Numbered from the stretch's first letter, positions 48,310 to 57,593 are shown. The stretch is 64,000 nucleotides of DNA from an uncultured delta proteobacterium (GCA_963713045.1 CAVQKE010000006.1:320001-384000), one strand, 5' to 3'. A program made the numbers and translations. The notes: generated by a model from the sequence alone, not told the origin.

Positions 48310-49512
48310 ATGGGCTTTGGCCGACGGTGTTCGACTGTTTTGCCCGTAAGGGCCTTGGGTGGGCTGGCCGCGCCGTTGGCCGTCCTCGCCCTGGGCTGCA
48401 CCACCGTCTCTAAAACTCCCTCGCAGAGTGCCTTGATGCAGGCCACCGGGACGAAGGTGAGCGTCCTCTCCATGCGTGCCACGCAAAACCTGCTGGCGGT
48501 GCAGGTGCCCGGGACCATCGAGGCGACGGCGGACAGCATTGCGGCGCAGACCACCGACGTGAAAGTGCGCCGACGGGCGCTGTTGTGGAAAATCGAACTG
48601 GTCCCGACGTTTTACCAAGCCCTCTTCAACGCGGACCCGTTGGCGGCCGCCATGGACACCTACACGCTGTGCCTCCAGGTGGAGGCCTATTTCGAAACGG
48701 GCGCGGGCCGGGAAGAATTGGCGCCCTTCCAGCCCCTGGTCATCGGGGCCGCGAAGCATGCACGCAGCCAGGTGGAGACGGCTCTCAAAGCCGTTGCGGC
48801 GTCGCCCGAAGGTTTCCAGCGGGCCGAGGCCTTTGCCGAAACATGGGCCACGGCCCACCCCATTTCTGGGCCGCCCCTCTCCTCCCGGCCAAGCGTGCTG
48901 AACGACTTGGCGGACATGGCGGCGGGTGGCGACAAGAATGTCAGCGTCTTTCAAGTGGTCGGCGACCTTCCGGCCACCGTGGACGACATCGCCACGCGTC
49001 TGGACATTTACACGGCCTACCTCCCCAACGCGGGCCGCTGGCAAGCGGAGCTGTTGGCGGACGAGATGGCGGACCGTGCGGAGTCGCAGCGCGTGCTGAC
49101 CACATTCGCCTCGGTGAAGGAGATGGCGGAGCGCATCAGGCAACTGTTGTCCCAGGAGGCTCTCCAAAACACGCTCGACGTGGCCAGTCTTGAGGTGAGG
49201 AAGGAGCGGCTGGCTGCCTTTGCCAGCGTCGAGTCGTTGCGCAAGGAAATGGAAGCCTACGTGACGAGCGAGCGGGAGGCGGCCCTTCTGGGCGTGGGCG
49301 CGGAGCGTCGCGCCGTCATGTCGGACTTGGGCCGCGAGCGCCTGGCGCTGATGGAGCAGGTGGACGCGCTGCGCAAGCAGACGCTGTTGGACGCCGACCA
49401 GCTGGCGAACCGGATTATTTGGCGAGGCAGCTTGGTGGCCGCCCTCCTCCTTGTCCTGGCCGCCGGACTCGCCGTCTTCGTCGTCCGTCACGGCGCGCGG
49501 GCCAAGGCCTGA
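48310..49512 (+). CDS. Hypothetical helical lipoprotein with C-terminal TM helix
   Basis: Lipobox-like ALGC, long helical/coiled-coil body and a hydrophobic C-terminal segment; AGGAG RBS. Confidence 0.7.
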   Translation: MGFGRRCSTVLPVRALGGLAAPLAVLALGCTTVSKTPSQSALMQATGTKVSVLSMRATQNLLAVQVPGTIEATADSIAAQTTDVKVRRRALLWKIELVPTFYQALFNADPLAAAMDTYTLCLQVEAYFETGAGREELAPFQPLVIGAAKHARSQVETALKAVAASPEGFQRAEAFAETWATAHPISGPPLSSRPSVLNDLADMAAGGDKNVSVFQVVGDLPATVDDIATRLDIYTAYLPNAGRWQAELLADEMADRAESQRVLTTFASVKEMAERIRQLLSQEALQNTLDVASLEVRKERLAAFASVESLRKEMEAYVTSEREAALLGVGAERRAVMSDLGRERLALMEQVDALRKQTLLDADQLANRIIWRGSLVAALLLVLAAGLAVFVVRHGARAKA

Positions 49513-49544
49513 AGCAGCCCAACCGCCTCGTCGCCTGAAGGCCC

Positions 49545-52037
49545 CTACGGCGCGGAGGCGCGCAGTTGGGGGAGGCGCTGGCGCGTCTGCAGTACCGGGA
49601 GGAAGAGGTCTCCCACGCTGTCGACGCGCCTGGGGAGGGTGCGCAGGTTGAAGGCAGAAGGGTTGAAGGCCGTCGTCACTTCGTCCCAGTGCAGTGGGGT
49701 GCTGGCCGGGGCGCCTTCCACCGCCCGAAGCGAATAGGGGGCCACCATGGTTTTCAGGCGTCCGTTTTGTTCGCAGTCCAGGTACAGCCGGCCATGCCGC
49801 TGCTTCAGGGCGCGCTCCCGGGTGGCCAGCGTGGGGAATTTGTGGGTGAGGACTTCGCCCACCGCCACCGCAAAGCCATAGGAGGCTTCAAAGGTGTGGC
49901 CCGGCGCCAGCGGAACAAACACGTGCAGCCCCCGCTTGCCGGAAGTCTTTGGCACGGAGAGCAGCTTCACTTCGTCAAGAAGGGCGCGCAGCGCCTGTGC
50001 CAGGGGGACCAGCTGCGTCCAGTCGTCGCCGGCGGGGTCAAAGTCGAACACCACCCAGTCAGGCTGGTCCAAGCTGGCCAGCCGACTGGACGTCATGTGC
50101 AGGGTGAGGGCGGACTGGTTGGCCAGCCAGGCCACCGTCTCCGGCCGGTCCACCACAATCTGTTCCAGGCGTCGCTCCTCATGCTGCACCGTCGCCCGCG
50201 TTACCCAGGGCGGCGCGCCCTTGGCGTCGTGCCGGAAGAAGCCCGGTGCCCCAATGCCTTGCGGCCACTGCTGCATGGACAGGGGCCGGCCGTCCAGGGC
50301 CCGCACCACCAGCGGGGCCACGGCGTCGTAGTAGCCGCGGACGTCGGCCTTGGTGAGGCCGGACTTGGGGAAAAGCACTTTGTCCGGGTGGGTGAGGGGC
50401 ACCACCACCGTCTGGGTGGACGATGGCGCGGGTGCGTCAGCACGGCGCCCTTTGGACGGCTTCGGTGTCTTCGCCGGTGGGTCTTCTTCCATGTCGCGTC
50501 CCGTCTCGGCCGGCGCCTTGTCCTCGCGCAAACCCTGGAAGGAAGGGTGGCGTAGCCGGCGGTCGCGCGTCCACTCGCTGAAGCGGACTTGGGCCACCAG
50601 GCGCGGGCGCACCCAGTGCACGCCCTTCATTTTCGGTGGGTCGCGCACGGTGGGCGCTTCCACTTCATCCGCCCGCAGCTGGCGGAGGAGTCCGGTCCGC
50701 ACCTTTTCGCTGAAGCCGGTGCCCACTTTCCCGGCGTAGCGGAAGGCCGGCCCATCCCGCTGGGCGACGAGGAGGGCGCCAATTTCCGGGGCGCCCTTGG
50801 ACTGGGCGGTCCAACCGACAATGGTCAGCTCCTCCGTGCCCAGCACCTTCAGCTTCAGCCAATCCGCACTGCGCTTGCCGCTGTAGAGAGAACCTCTGCG
50901 CTTGGCGAGGAGGCCCTCCCAGTGGTGCTTCTTGGCCGTCTTCAGCGCCTCCTCCTCGCTCCCGGGGACGCGCTCGGCAATTTCCAAGGGAAGGGCCGCA
51001 TTGGCCAGCACCGACTCCAGTAACTCTCGGCGCTCCTCCAGCGGGCGGCTGCGGACGTCCTCCCCATCCAGCCACAACACGTCAAACACCACGTAGCGGT
51101 GGGTGGCCGAGGCGTCGCCGAGGAGTTGGAAGCGCGAGATTCCTTGCGCGTCCAGGGCGAGAATTTCTCCGTCCAGCACCACCTCGCCCACCTTCACGGT
51201 GCGCAGCGCCTCCGGGAGAAACGGAAAGCGAGCGGCGAAGTCCAACTCATTGCGCGAGCGCACCGCCACCCGGCCGCCGGACAGCGCCGACAGCGCGCGG
51301 TAGCCGTCGTACTTCACTTCGTACAGGTATTCTGTGGCTGGGGCGGGCCGTTTAGGCGCAAGCACCGCCAGCATCGGCGGCCAAACCTTTTCCAGGAGGG
51401 CCTCCGGACTGGGGTGGGGGCCCTTCAACATGGCCTGCCTCTCCGGCCCCCGCGTCAGCCGCCGGCCTGAGGCCACCGACTCCGGGCGTTCCGTTTCCAC
51501 GTCATAGTCCGGGCGCTGGGTGCCGTCCTTCGCCTTGATGCAAAGCCATTGCGCCTTCCCGCCTTGGGGCCGCGTGCGGACCAGGTGCCAGCCGCCCAGC
51601 AGCTTCTCGCCATGCAACAGCAGGTGTAGATGGCCCTTCTTCCGCTGGGCGCTGGCCTCGCCCGGCGGCACAGTGACGTAGGTGCCTCTGTCCCAGAGGA
51701 GGCTGTCCCCGGCGCCGTATTCGCCCTCCGGAATGCGACCTTCGAAGTCCCCGTAGTCCAAGGGGTGGTCCTCGGTTTCCACCGCCAGGCGCTTCACGGA
51801 CGGGTCGTAGCTGGGCCCTTTGGGAATGGCCCAACTGGCCAACGCGCCGTCCATTTCCAGCCGCAAGTCGTAATGCAGCCGGTTGGCGTCGTGCTTGTGG
51901 ACGACAAACCGCGCGGCGGGCAGTGCCTTCTTGCCCCGGGTGCGCTTGGGCGCCGGCTCAGGCGTGCGCGTGAAGTCGCGCTTCTTCCGGTAGGTGGCGA
52001 GGCTGTCCCGCCGCTTGGCTGTCGGGCGCTTGGGCAT
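49545..52037 (-). CDS. ligD: DNA ligase D (phosphoesterase-ligase-polymerase)
   Basis: Y.KKRDF..TPEP and HYDLRLE (PE); EVKYDGYR and EGLLAK (LIG); THPDKV, DFDP, SGKRGLH and APYSLR (POL). Confidence 0.93.
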   Translation of the reverse strand: MPKRPTAKRRDSLATYRKKRDFTRTPEPAPKRTRGKKALPAARFVVHKHDANRLHYDLRLEMDGALASWAIPKGPSYDPSVKRLAVETEDHPLDYGDFEGRIPEGEYGAGDSLLWDRGTYVTVPPGEASAQRKKGHLHLLLHGEKLLGGWHLVRTRPQGGKAQWLCIKAKDGTQRPDYDVETERPESVASGRRLTRGPERQAMLKGPHPSPEALLEKVWPPMLAVLAPKRPAPATEYLYEVKYDGYRALSALSGGRVAVRSRNELDFAARFPFLPEALRTVKVGEVVLDGEILALDAQGISRFQLLGDASATHRYVVFDVLWLDGEDVRSRPLEERRELLESVLANAALPLEIAERVPGSEEEALKTAKKHHWEGLLAKRRGSLYSGKRSADWLKLKVLGTEELTIVGWTAQSKGAPEIGALLVAQRDGPAFRYAGKVGTGFSEKVRTGLLRQLRADEVEAPTVRDPPKMKGVHWVRPRLVAQVRFSEWTRDRRLRHPSFQGLREDKAPAETGRDMEEDPPAKTPKPSKGRRADAPAPSSTQTVVVPLTHPDKVLFPKSGLTKADVRGYYDAVAPLVVRALDGRPLSMQQWPQGIGAPGFFRHDAKGAPPWVTRATVQHEERRLEQIVVDRPETVAWLANQSALTLHMTSSRLASLDQPDWVVFDFDPAGDDWTQLVPLAQALRALLDEVKLLSVPKTSGKRGLHVFVPLAPGHTFEASYGFAVAVGEVLTHKFPTLATRERALKQRHGRLYLDCEQNGRLKTMVAPYSLRAVEGAPASTPLHWDEVTTAFNPSAFNLRTLPRRVDSVGDLFLPVLQTRQRLPQLRASAP

Positions 52038-52151
52038 GGGCGGTGTGGGGGACGCTGCAGCGAAAGGTGGCCGTAGCGTCCCTTGGGAATGGAATACAGG
52101 CTTTCGCCGAGGGCGCCCGCCCTGGGCGCACTTCCTTCGTTGAAGAAAGCG

Positions 52152-52751
52152 CTACTTCGCTTCGCCCGCGGTAATGACAATGTCGTCCTTGTCCGCCTGG
52201 ATGGTGGCAAAGCCGCATTCAGTGCGCTGGCCGGTGGCGTCAAAGCGGCAGCCCCAAATGGCTTTCGCCTGGGCGTTGCACTGGCCGGCATTCAGTTCCG
52301 TCGCGTACCAGCCCGAGCCCGGCGCCTTGCCCCAGGTGTTGTTCAGGCCGTAGACGGCCGTCAGCATGCCTCCCTTGAAGGTGCCGCTGCCGTTGATGCA
52401 GGGGAAGCTGACGTTGGTGTAGATGTAGGTGACTTTGTCCTCGTCATCGAAGGTGTACTCGGCGGCCTTCGCACTGCCGCTGAAGTCCATGTCGATGGAT
52501 TCATTCCACGTCGGGTCGGTGTCGGTGGTGGAGTTGGCCGTATTCACCGACAGGTTTCCGTGTCCTGCAGTGGTGGTGGTGGTGGCGCTCGCCGGAGGAG
52601 GCTGAGTCGCCCGTGCCGTCGCGGCTGGGTTAATTTTCACGTCCGGCCCGGCACTCATCGCGCTGGCAGTCCCGGTGGCACTCTTCGTTTCAGCGCAGGC
52701 GGCCAGCAGTCCTGCCGCTGCAAAAGCGACTGTCAACAGTGTCTTCTTCAT
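52152..52751 (-). CDS. Hypothetical lipoprotein with four additional Cys
   Basis: Lipobox LAAC, Thr/Ala-rich linker and a beta-rich domain; GGAGAGG RBS. Confidence 0.7.
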   Translation of the reverse strand: MKKTLLTVAFAAAGLLAACAETKSATGTASAMSAGPDVKINPAATARATQPPPASATTTTTAGHGNLSVNTANSTTDTDPTWNESIDMDFSGSAKAAEYTFDDEDKVTYIYTNVSFPCINGSGTFKGGMLTAVYGLNNTWGKAPGSGWYATELNAGQCNAQAKAIWGCRFDATGQRTECGFATIQADKDDIVITAGEAK

Positions 52752-52880
52752 GGACCTCTCCAGGGTGTGACTCGTCTTGTTTTAGGGTTGTCGCGCGCTT
52801 CCTACCCTTCCCAGGGCTGGACGCACAGCAACGTTTTGGCACTCCCGAAGACAGCTGCTAGGGGACGCCCACGCCGTCCG

Positions 52881-53651
52881 TCAAGCGCTTTCGACGCCTG
52901 CCAGCCAACCGTCCGTAAACCAACTTGCCAGCGTGCGGAAGGCTTCGGCTGAGGCGTCCTCCGCGTCGCTGAAGGCTTCACACACCTCCGCCAGACTGGC
53001 ATGCGACTGGGCGCGCACCAGGGCCTCGGCCTCCATCGTCGGCAGGACCCGGTGCAGCACTTCAAAGCCCTTTCGCCAAACCACCACCGACACCGGCCGG
53101 GGGTCCACCGCCGGCAAGTCCTCTGACTCGGCCTCCAGCTGTTTCCAAAGCGGAAGGACGTCATGCTGTAGCGTCAGCACCCGCAGCGCTGGGACGAAGG
53201 ACAGCCGGGCCGCGCCCGCCGCTTCGCCAAGGTGGCCCAGCGCTTCTTTGCCCACTGTCTCCGCATCCGCCGCGGTGAAGGCCACGGAAAGCGCCCATTC
53301 CAGCCGGGCCAAGTCGGCCTCGTCTCCCCTCCGCCCGGGGTGCGCCAACAAGAAGTCGGGCAGGTGCCGGCCAAATTGCCCAATGTCCGACGAAGCACTG
53401 GGGTGGGCGCGCGCGTAGCCGGCTGTCAGCGTGCCGAAGCCCTCGTCGCCGAGAAGTCGCGCCAGGTTGGGGAAGTCCGCCCGAAGCGCATCCTGCAGGC
53501 GGGCCAGGTACATGTCCGCGTAAATGCCCGCCCGGGCGGCGGCGTCCAGGGGTGGGTGCGCTGCAATGCCATTGGCCAGCTGGCTCGCCTCCACAGCGCT
53601 GGGCTCCTCAATGGCCTGGGCCAACAATTCTTGAAGCTGCTGAAGCCTCAA
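52881..53651 (-). CDS. DUF2063 (BufC/HvfC-like) MNIO partner protein
   Basis: IYADMY.ARL.DAL..DFP, YARAHPS and DLARLEWA motifs. Start TTG overlaps the DUF692 stop codon. Confidence 0.85.
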   Translation of the reverse strand: MRLQQLQELLAQAIEEPSAVEASQLANGIAAHPPLDAAARAGIYADMYLARLQDALRADFPNLARLLGDEGFGTLTAGYARAHPSASSDIGQFGRHLPDFLLAHPGRRGDEADLARLEWALSVAFTAADAETVGKEALGHLGEAAGAARLSFVPALRVLTLQHDVLPLWKQLEAESEDLPAVDPRPVSVVVWRKGFEVLHRVLPTMEAEALVRAQSHASLAEVCEAFSDAEDASAEAFRTLASWFTDGWLAGVESA

Positions 53652-54484
53652 GCGGCCTCCCGCAGCGCCGCCTCCGCCACCTGGCGGGCATGGGCGGACT
53701 CTTCCAACAGGCGCGGCAGCGGTGGAATGTTTGCGTCCCATTCCACAAGCGTCGTGACGGGGCCAAAGCGTCGAACGGCCTTCTGGTACAGCGCCCAGAC
53801 AGGGTCTGTCACCGGACTGTCATGGGTGTCCAACAGGTGGGTGCCCCGGTCCGAATAGCCGGCCAGGTGGAATTGCCCGACGCGCTCCACCGGAATGCCC
53901 TTCAGGTAGGCCTCCGCGTCAAAGCCGTGGTTTCTGGCGCTGACATAGACGTTGTTGACGTCCAAAAGGATGCCGCAGTCCGCACGGGTGGCCACCTCCG
54001 CCAGAAAGTCCCACTCGGTCAGCGTGGAGGCGGAGAAGGTGAGGTAGCTGGACACGTTTTCCAGAAGAATCTGCCGGCCCAGCGCCTCCTGCACCTGCCC
54101 CACCCGGGCCACCACGTGCGCCAGGGACTCCTCAGTGAAGGGCAACGGCAGCAAGTCGTGCAGGTAACGGCCCCGGTGGGTGCCCCAGCACAGGTGGTCC
54201 GACACCCACGCCGGCTCCACCCACCGCGCCAGCTGTCCAAGACGCCGAAGGTGCGCTTCGTCCAGGGGGTCCGGCCCGCCGATGGAAAGAGAGACGCCGT
54301 GCAGCACCACCGGCATGCGCTGCCGAACCGCCTCCAGCACCGCCCGTGGACGGCCGCCTTCCTGGAAGAAGTTTTCGCTGATGGCCTCCACCCAGTCGAC
54401 GCGGACGTTGCCCGCGAGAAAGTCAGCGAAGTGCTCACTTCGTAGGCCAATGCCGTGGCCCAGGGAAGGCAATGCGAGGGACAT
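53648..54484 (-). CDS. DUF692 multinuclear non-heme iron-dependent oxidative enzyme (MNIO, BufB-like)
   Basis: GIGLR, ENF, HGVSLSIG, SDHLCW, LENVSSY, LLDVNN, HLAG, DTH and EWD motifs. Confidence 0.93.
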   Translation of the reverse strand: MSLALPSLGHGIGLRSEHFADFLAGNVRVDWVEAISENFFQEGGRPRAVLEAVRQRMPVVLHGVSLSIGGPDPLDEAHLRRLGQLARWVEPAWVSDHLCWGTHRGRYLHDLLPLPFTEESLAHVVARVGQVQEALGRQILLENVSSYLTFSASTLTEWDFLAEVATRADCGILLDVNNVYVSARNHGFDAEAYLKGIPVERVGQFHLAGYSDRGTHLLDTHDSPVTDPVWALYQKAVRRFGPVTTLVEWDANIPPLPRLLEESAHARQVAEAALREAA

Positions 54485-54531
54485 GGGGAAGGGTGGCTCG
54501 TCAATCTGGCCGCGCCCGGCGGCCCAGGACT

Positions 54532-54560
54532 TCCCCCAAGGTGCTTTTCACCTTGGGGGA
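54532..54560 (-). promoter_or_regulatory. Perfect 12-bp stem-loop between the precursor and MNIO genes
   Basis: TCCCCCAAGGTG-CTTTT-CACCTTGGGGGA; no U-tract follows on the coding strand. Confidence 0.6.
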
Positions 54561-54602
54561 GAGGGGCGCCAGCGTGCGGCGGGGGACGTCTTTCAAAGCG
54601 AC

Positions 54603-54881
54603 TTAGCTCTTCTTCGCGTCCGGCGGGGCCACCTTGCCGCCCTTGGCGGTGCAGTCCTTCTCCGTCGGGGTCATGTTGAAGCTCTGGCCCTTGCAGCTGT
54701 TCTTCCCGGCGCAGCTATTCTTTGCGCCGGCACAAGACCCCTGGCCCTTGCAGCTGTTGATGCCAACGCACTTGACGCCCTTGCTGGCGGCAGGTGCCGG
54801 GGCGTCCCCGGCGAAGGCGCCGGATGCAAACAAAGAGGCAACGGCCGAAGCGATGACGGCTCCCTTGAGGGTGTTCTTCAT
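54603..54881 (-). CDS. Bufferin-like (BufA2-type) secreted Cys-rich RiPP precursor
   Basis: Sec signal (AFA-G), then KCVGINSCKGQGSCAGAKNSCAGKNSCKGQ...DC with 6 Cys; GGAG RBS; directly upstream of DUF692/DUF2063. Confidence 0.85.
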   Translation of the reverse strand: MKNTLKGAVIASAVASLFASGAFAGDAPAPAASKGVKCVGINSCKGQGSCAGAKNSCAGKNSCKGQSFNMTPTEKDCTAKGGKVAPPDAKKS

Positions 54882-55015
54882 GGCGTGTCTTTTCTCCAAA
54901 AAAAATGCGGGGTGGGGGTGAGTGTGTCGCCTGGCTTCGCACCGGCCCCAGGCGGGGAGGGGGGTTCTACAACCTCGGGACGCCAGTGCGCACCCCGAAA
55001 CCCGTTGGCCCCCCA

Positions 55016-55041
55016 TACGGACGGTGGCCGGGAATGGTTTC
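55016..55041 (-). promoter_or_regulatory. Putative ECF sigma promoter for the precursor operon
   Basis: Minus strand GAAACC-N16-CGTA fits the general ECF pattern (AAC at -35, CGT at -10). Confidence 0.45.
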
Positions 55042-55085
55042 GAGCCTCCTCCCTGGCTGTCCGGAGGGTAGGCTCCCCCGCCCCC

Positions 55086-56460
55086 ATGTCCTCCCGCTGG
55101 CTCCTCGCCGACGCAGTCCTCTGGAATGGCCAGCTGCTGCGCGGTACCGCGGTGGAAGTCTCCGCGGATGGAATTCTCCTCTCAGCCGGCGCCTTTCCCC
55201 AGGGCGCCACCGTGGAGCGCCTCCCTGGAAGGCTGCTGCTGCCGGGCTTCGTCAACGTGCACAGCCACGCCTTTCAGCGGCTGTTGCGCGGACGGACCCA
55301 GGCCCGCTCCCCCGACGTGGAAGTGGATGACTTCTGGACGTGGCGGGAGGCCATGTACCGGGCGGCCATGACGCTGGACCCGGACGGCCTCTACGTCGCC
55401 TCCCGGCAGTGCTTTTTGGAAATGGCGCTGGCCGGCATGACGTCGGTCGGGGAATTCCATTACCTCCACCACCAACCGGACGGGACGCCGTACGCGGAGC
55501 CGCTGGAATTGGCCCTGCAAGTCATCCGCGCCGCCAGGGACGTTGGCTTGCGCATTGTCCTGTTGCGGACAGGGTACAACCGCGCCGGCTACAAGGCCCC
55601 CCCCAACCCGCGCCAACGCCGCTTCTACGACGCCACCCCCGAGGCCTGGCTTCGCGCCGCGGAAGACCTCCGGGCCCGCACTGCCGAAGACACGCTGGTG
55701 ACGGTGGGCATTGCACCCCACAGTGTCCGCGCCGTGCCCCGCAGCTGGCTGGAGGCGGCGGCGGCGGCCAAGCAGTCCCTGGTGCACATGCACGTCGCAG
55801 AACAACCGGAGGAAGTGGTGGTGTGCGAGGCAGAGTATGGCCGTCGCCCGGTGGAACTTCTGGCGGACGTGGGCCTCCTCCGCGAGGGCTTCACCGCCGT
55901 CCACGCGGTGTACACCATGCCGCATGAAAGGGAGCTTCTCCGCGGGACGTCGGTGTGCGCCTGCCCCAGCACCGAAAGGGACTTGGGCGACGGCGTCCTG
56001 GCCGCAGACGGCATGGCCCGCGCCGGCGTCCGCCTGTGTGTAGGGACGGACAGCCAGGCCACCTTGGACGTCTTCGACGAATTGCGCATGCTGGAAGGCC
56101 ACCTGCGGCTGACGCGCGGACGCCGTGCGGTGTTGGACGCGCCGGAGGGCCCGGATGGCCTCGGCCAGCTGCTGTTGGGCTTCGCCATCCGAAAATGGGG
56201 CCCGCGCCCTTGGGCTACCCACCGGGGTGTTGCGGCCTGGGGCCCCGGCGGACATGTGCACCGTCAACCTGTCGCACCCAAGCCTCGTCGGTGCGCCGGG
56301 CAACGCACTGCTGGCTTCCGTCGTCTTCGCTGCCGAGGCGGGGGCGGTGCGCGACGTGGCGGTGCAGGGGCAGTGGGTGGTACGCGATGGACAGCACCCG
56401 CTGCAGGAAAACAGCACCCGGGCGTATGGCGACTTGTGCCGGAGGGTTTTTCAGGCGTGA
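55086..56460 (+). CDS. hutF: Formimidoylglutamate deiminase HutF; +1 frameshift near 56187
   Basis: NVHSHAFQR, DFWTWRE.MY, EFHYLHH, APHSVRAV, HVAEQ, CPSTE.DLGDG and GTDS. The C-terminus continues in ORF 56125..56460. Confidence 0.88.
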
Positions 56461-57593
56461 CGGACGTCGAAGCACAACTGGAAGCCACGCTGCGGGCGCT
56501 GGTGTCCTTCGACACCACCAGCCGCCTCTCCAACGTGCCCCTGGTGGACTGGCTCCTCCCAAGGCTGACGGACTTGGGATTCAGCTGCCAGCGCCACCCG
56601 TACCGGGACGACGCCGGCGTGGAAAAGCAAAATTTGTTGGCGCTGCCCCCGGGCGGAGGGCTGCCGGAACTGGCCCTGGTGGGCCACACCGACTGCGTCC
56701 CCTACGACAGTGCCTGGGCCGATGCCCTGCACCTGACGGCCCGGGACGGCAACCTGTACGGGCGCGGCGCCTGTGACACCAAGGCCTTTCTTGCCTGCGC
56801 ACTGGTGGCGGCGGAAAGGACGGGCGCGGCCAAGCTGGCCAAGCCCGCCGCCCTCTTCTTCACCGCGGATGAAGAAGTGGGGTGCGTCGGGGCCAAAATG
56901 CTGGTGGAGGAAAAGCAGGGAAGGGCCCGCCGGGCCATCGTCGGCGAGCCGACGTCCCTGACGCCAGTCCGCGCCAACAAAGGCTACTGCCTGGCCGAGG
57001 TGACGGTGAAGGGCAAGGAAGGGCACAGCGCCTACCCGGCGTCGGGCATCTCGGCCATCAATGGGGCGGCCCGCCTCATCTCTCGCATCGAGGACTACGC
57101 CAAGACCGAATTGCAAAAGGACAGGGACGAGGCCTTTGAACCGCCCTACACCACCCTCAGCGTGGGCCTCATCCAAGGCGGGAGGGCAAAAAACGTCATC
57201 TCCGGCCAGTGCACCTTCACCCTGGAATGGCGGCCGCTTCCCCGCCAGTCGCCGGACGTCGTCCCGGAAAGCGTCAAGCGCTTGGCCAGGGACGTCGAAA
57301 AGGCCACCCCCGGCCTGCACGTCGAAGTCCGGGTGCAGCGGACGGACCGGGGCGTCGAAACACCTGCCAGCGCCGGTGTGGTGGCCTTCTTGGCGAAGGA
57401 GACGGGCCGGCCGCCCATCACCGTCAGCTTCGGGACGGAAGCCCCGCAGATGACGGCCCTGGGTGCCGAGGCCGTGGTGTTTGGCCCGGGCAACATTCGG
57501 GTGGCCCACCAGTCCGGGGAATTCGTCCCGGTGGCCGAGCTTCTTCAGTGCGAGGAAATTTTGGAGAAGGCGCTGCGCCACTTCTGCACGTGA
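56457..57593 (+). CDS. argE: Acetylornithine deacetylase ArgE (M20 family)
   Basis: GHTDCVP, GRGACDTK, DEEVGC, GEPT, GHSA, FGTEA and AHQ.GE motifs. Confidence 0.85.
   Translation: MTDVEAQLEATLRALVSFDTTSRLSNVPLVDWLLPRLTDLGFSCQRHPYRDDAGVEKQNLLALPPGGGLPELALVGHTDCVPYDSAWADALHLTARDGNLYGRGACDTKAFLACALVAAERTGAAKLAKPAALFFTADEEVGCVGAKMLVEEKQGRARRAIVGEPTSLTPVRANKGYCLAEVTVKGKEGHSAYPASGISAINGAARLISRIEDYAKTELQKDRDEAFEPPYTTLSVGLIQGGRAKNVISGQCTFTLEWRPLPRQSPDVVPESVKRLARDVEKATPGLHVEVRVQRTDRGVETPASAGVVAFLAKETGRPPITVSFGTEAPQMTALGAEAVVFGPGNIRVAHQSGEFVPVAELLQCEEILEKALRHFCT

Noticed and set aside
54180..57593. Apparent 1137-aa HutF-ArgE fusion ORF
   Set aside because: Created by the +1 frameshift near 56187. The true HutF C-terminus is in another frame and ends at 56460.
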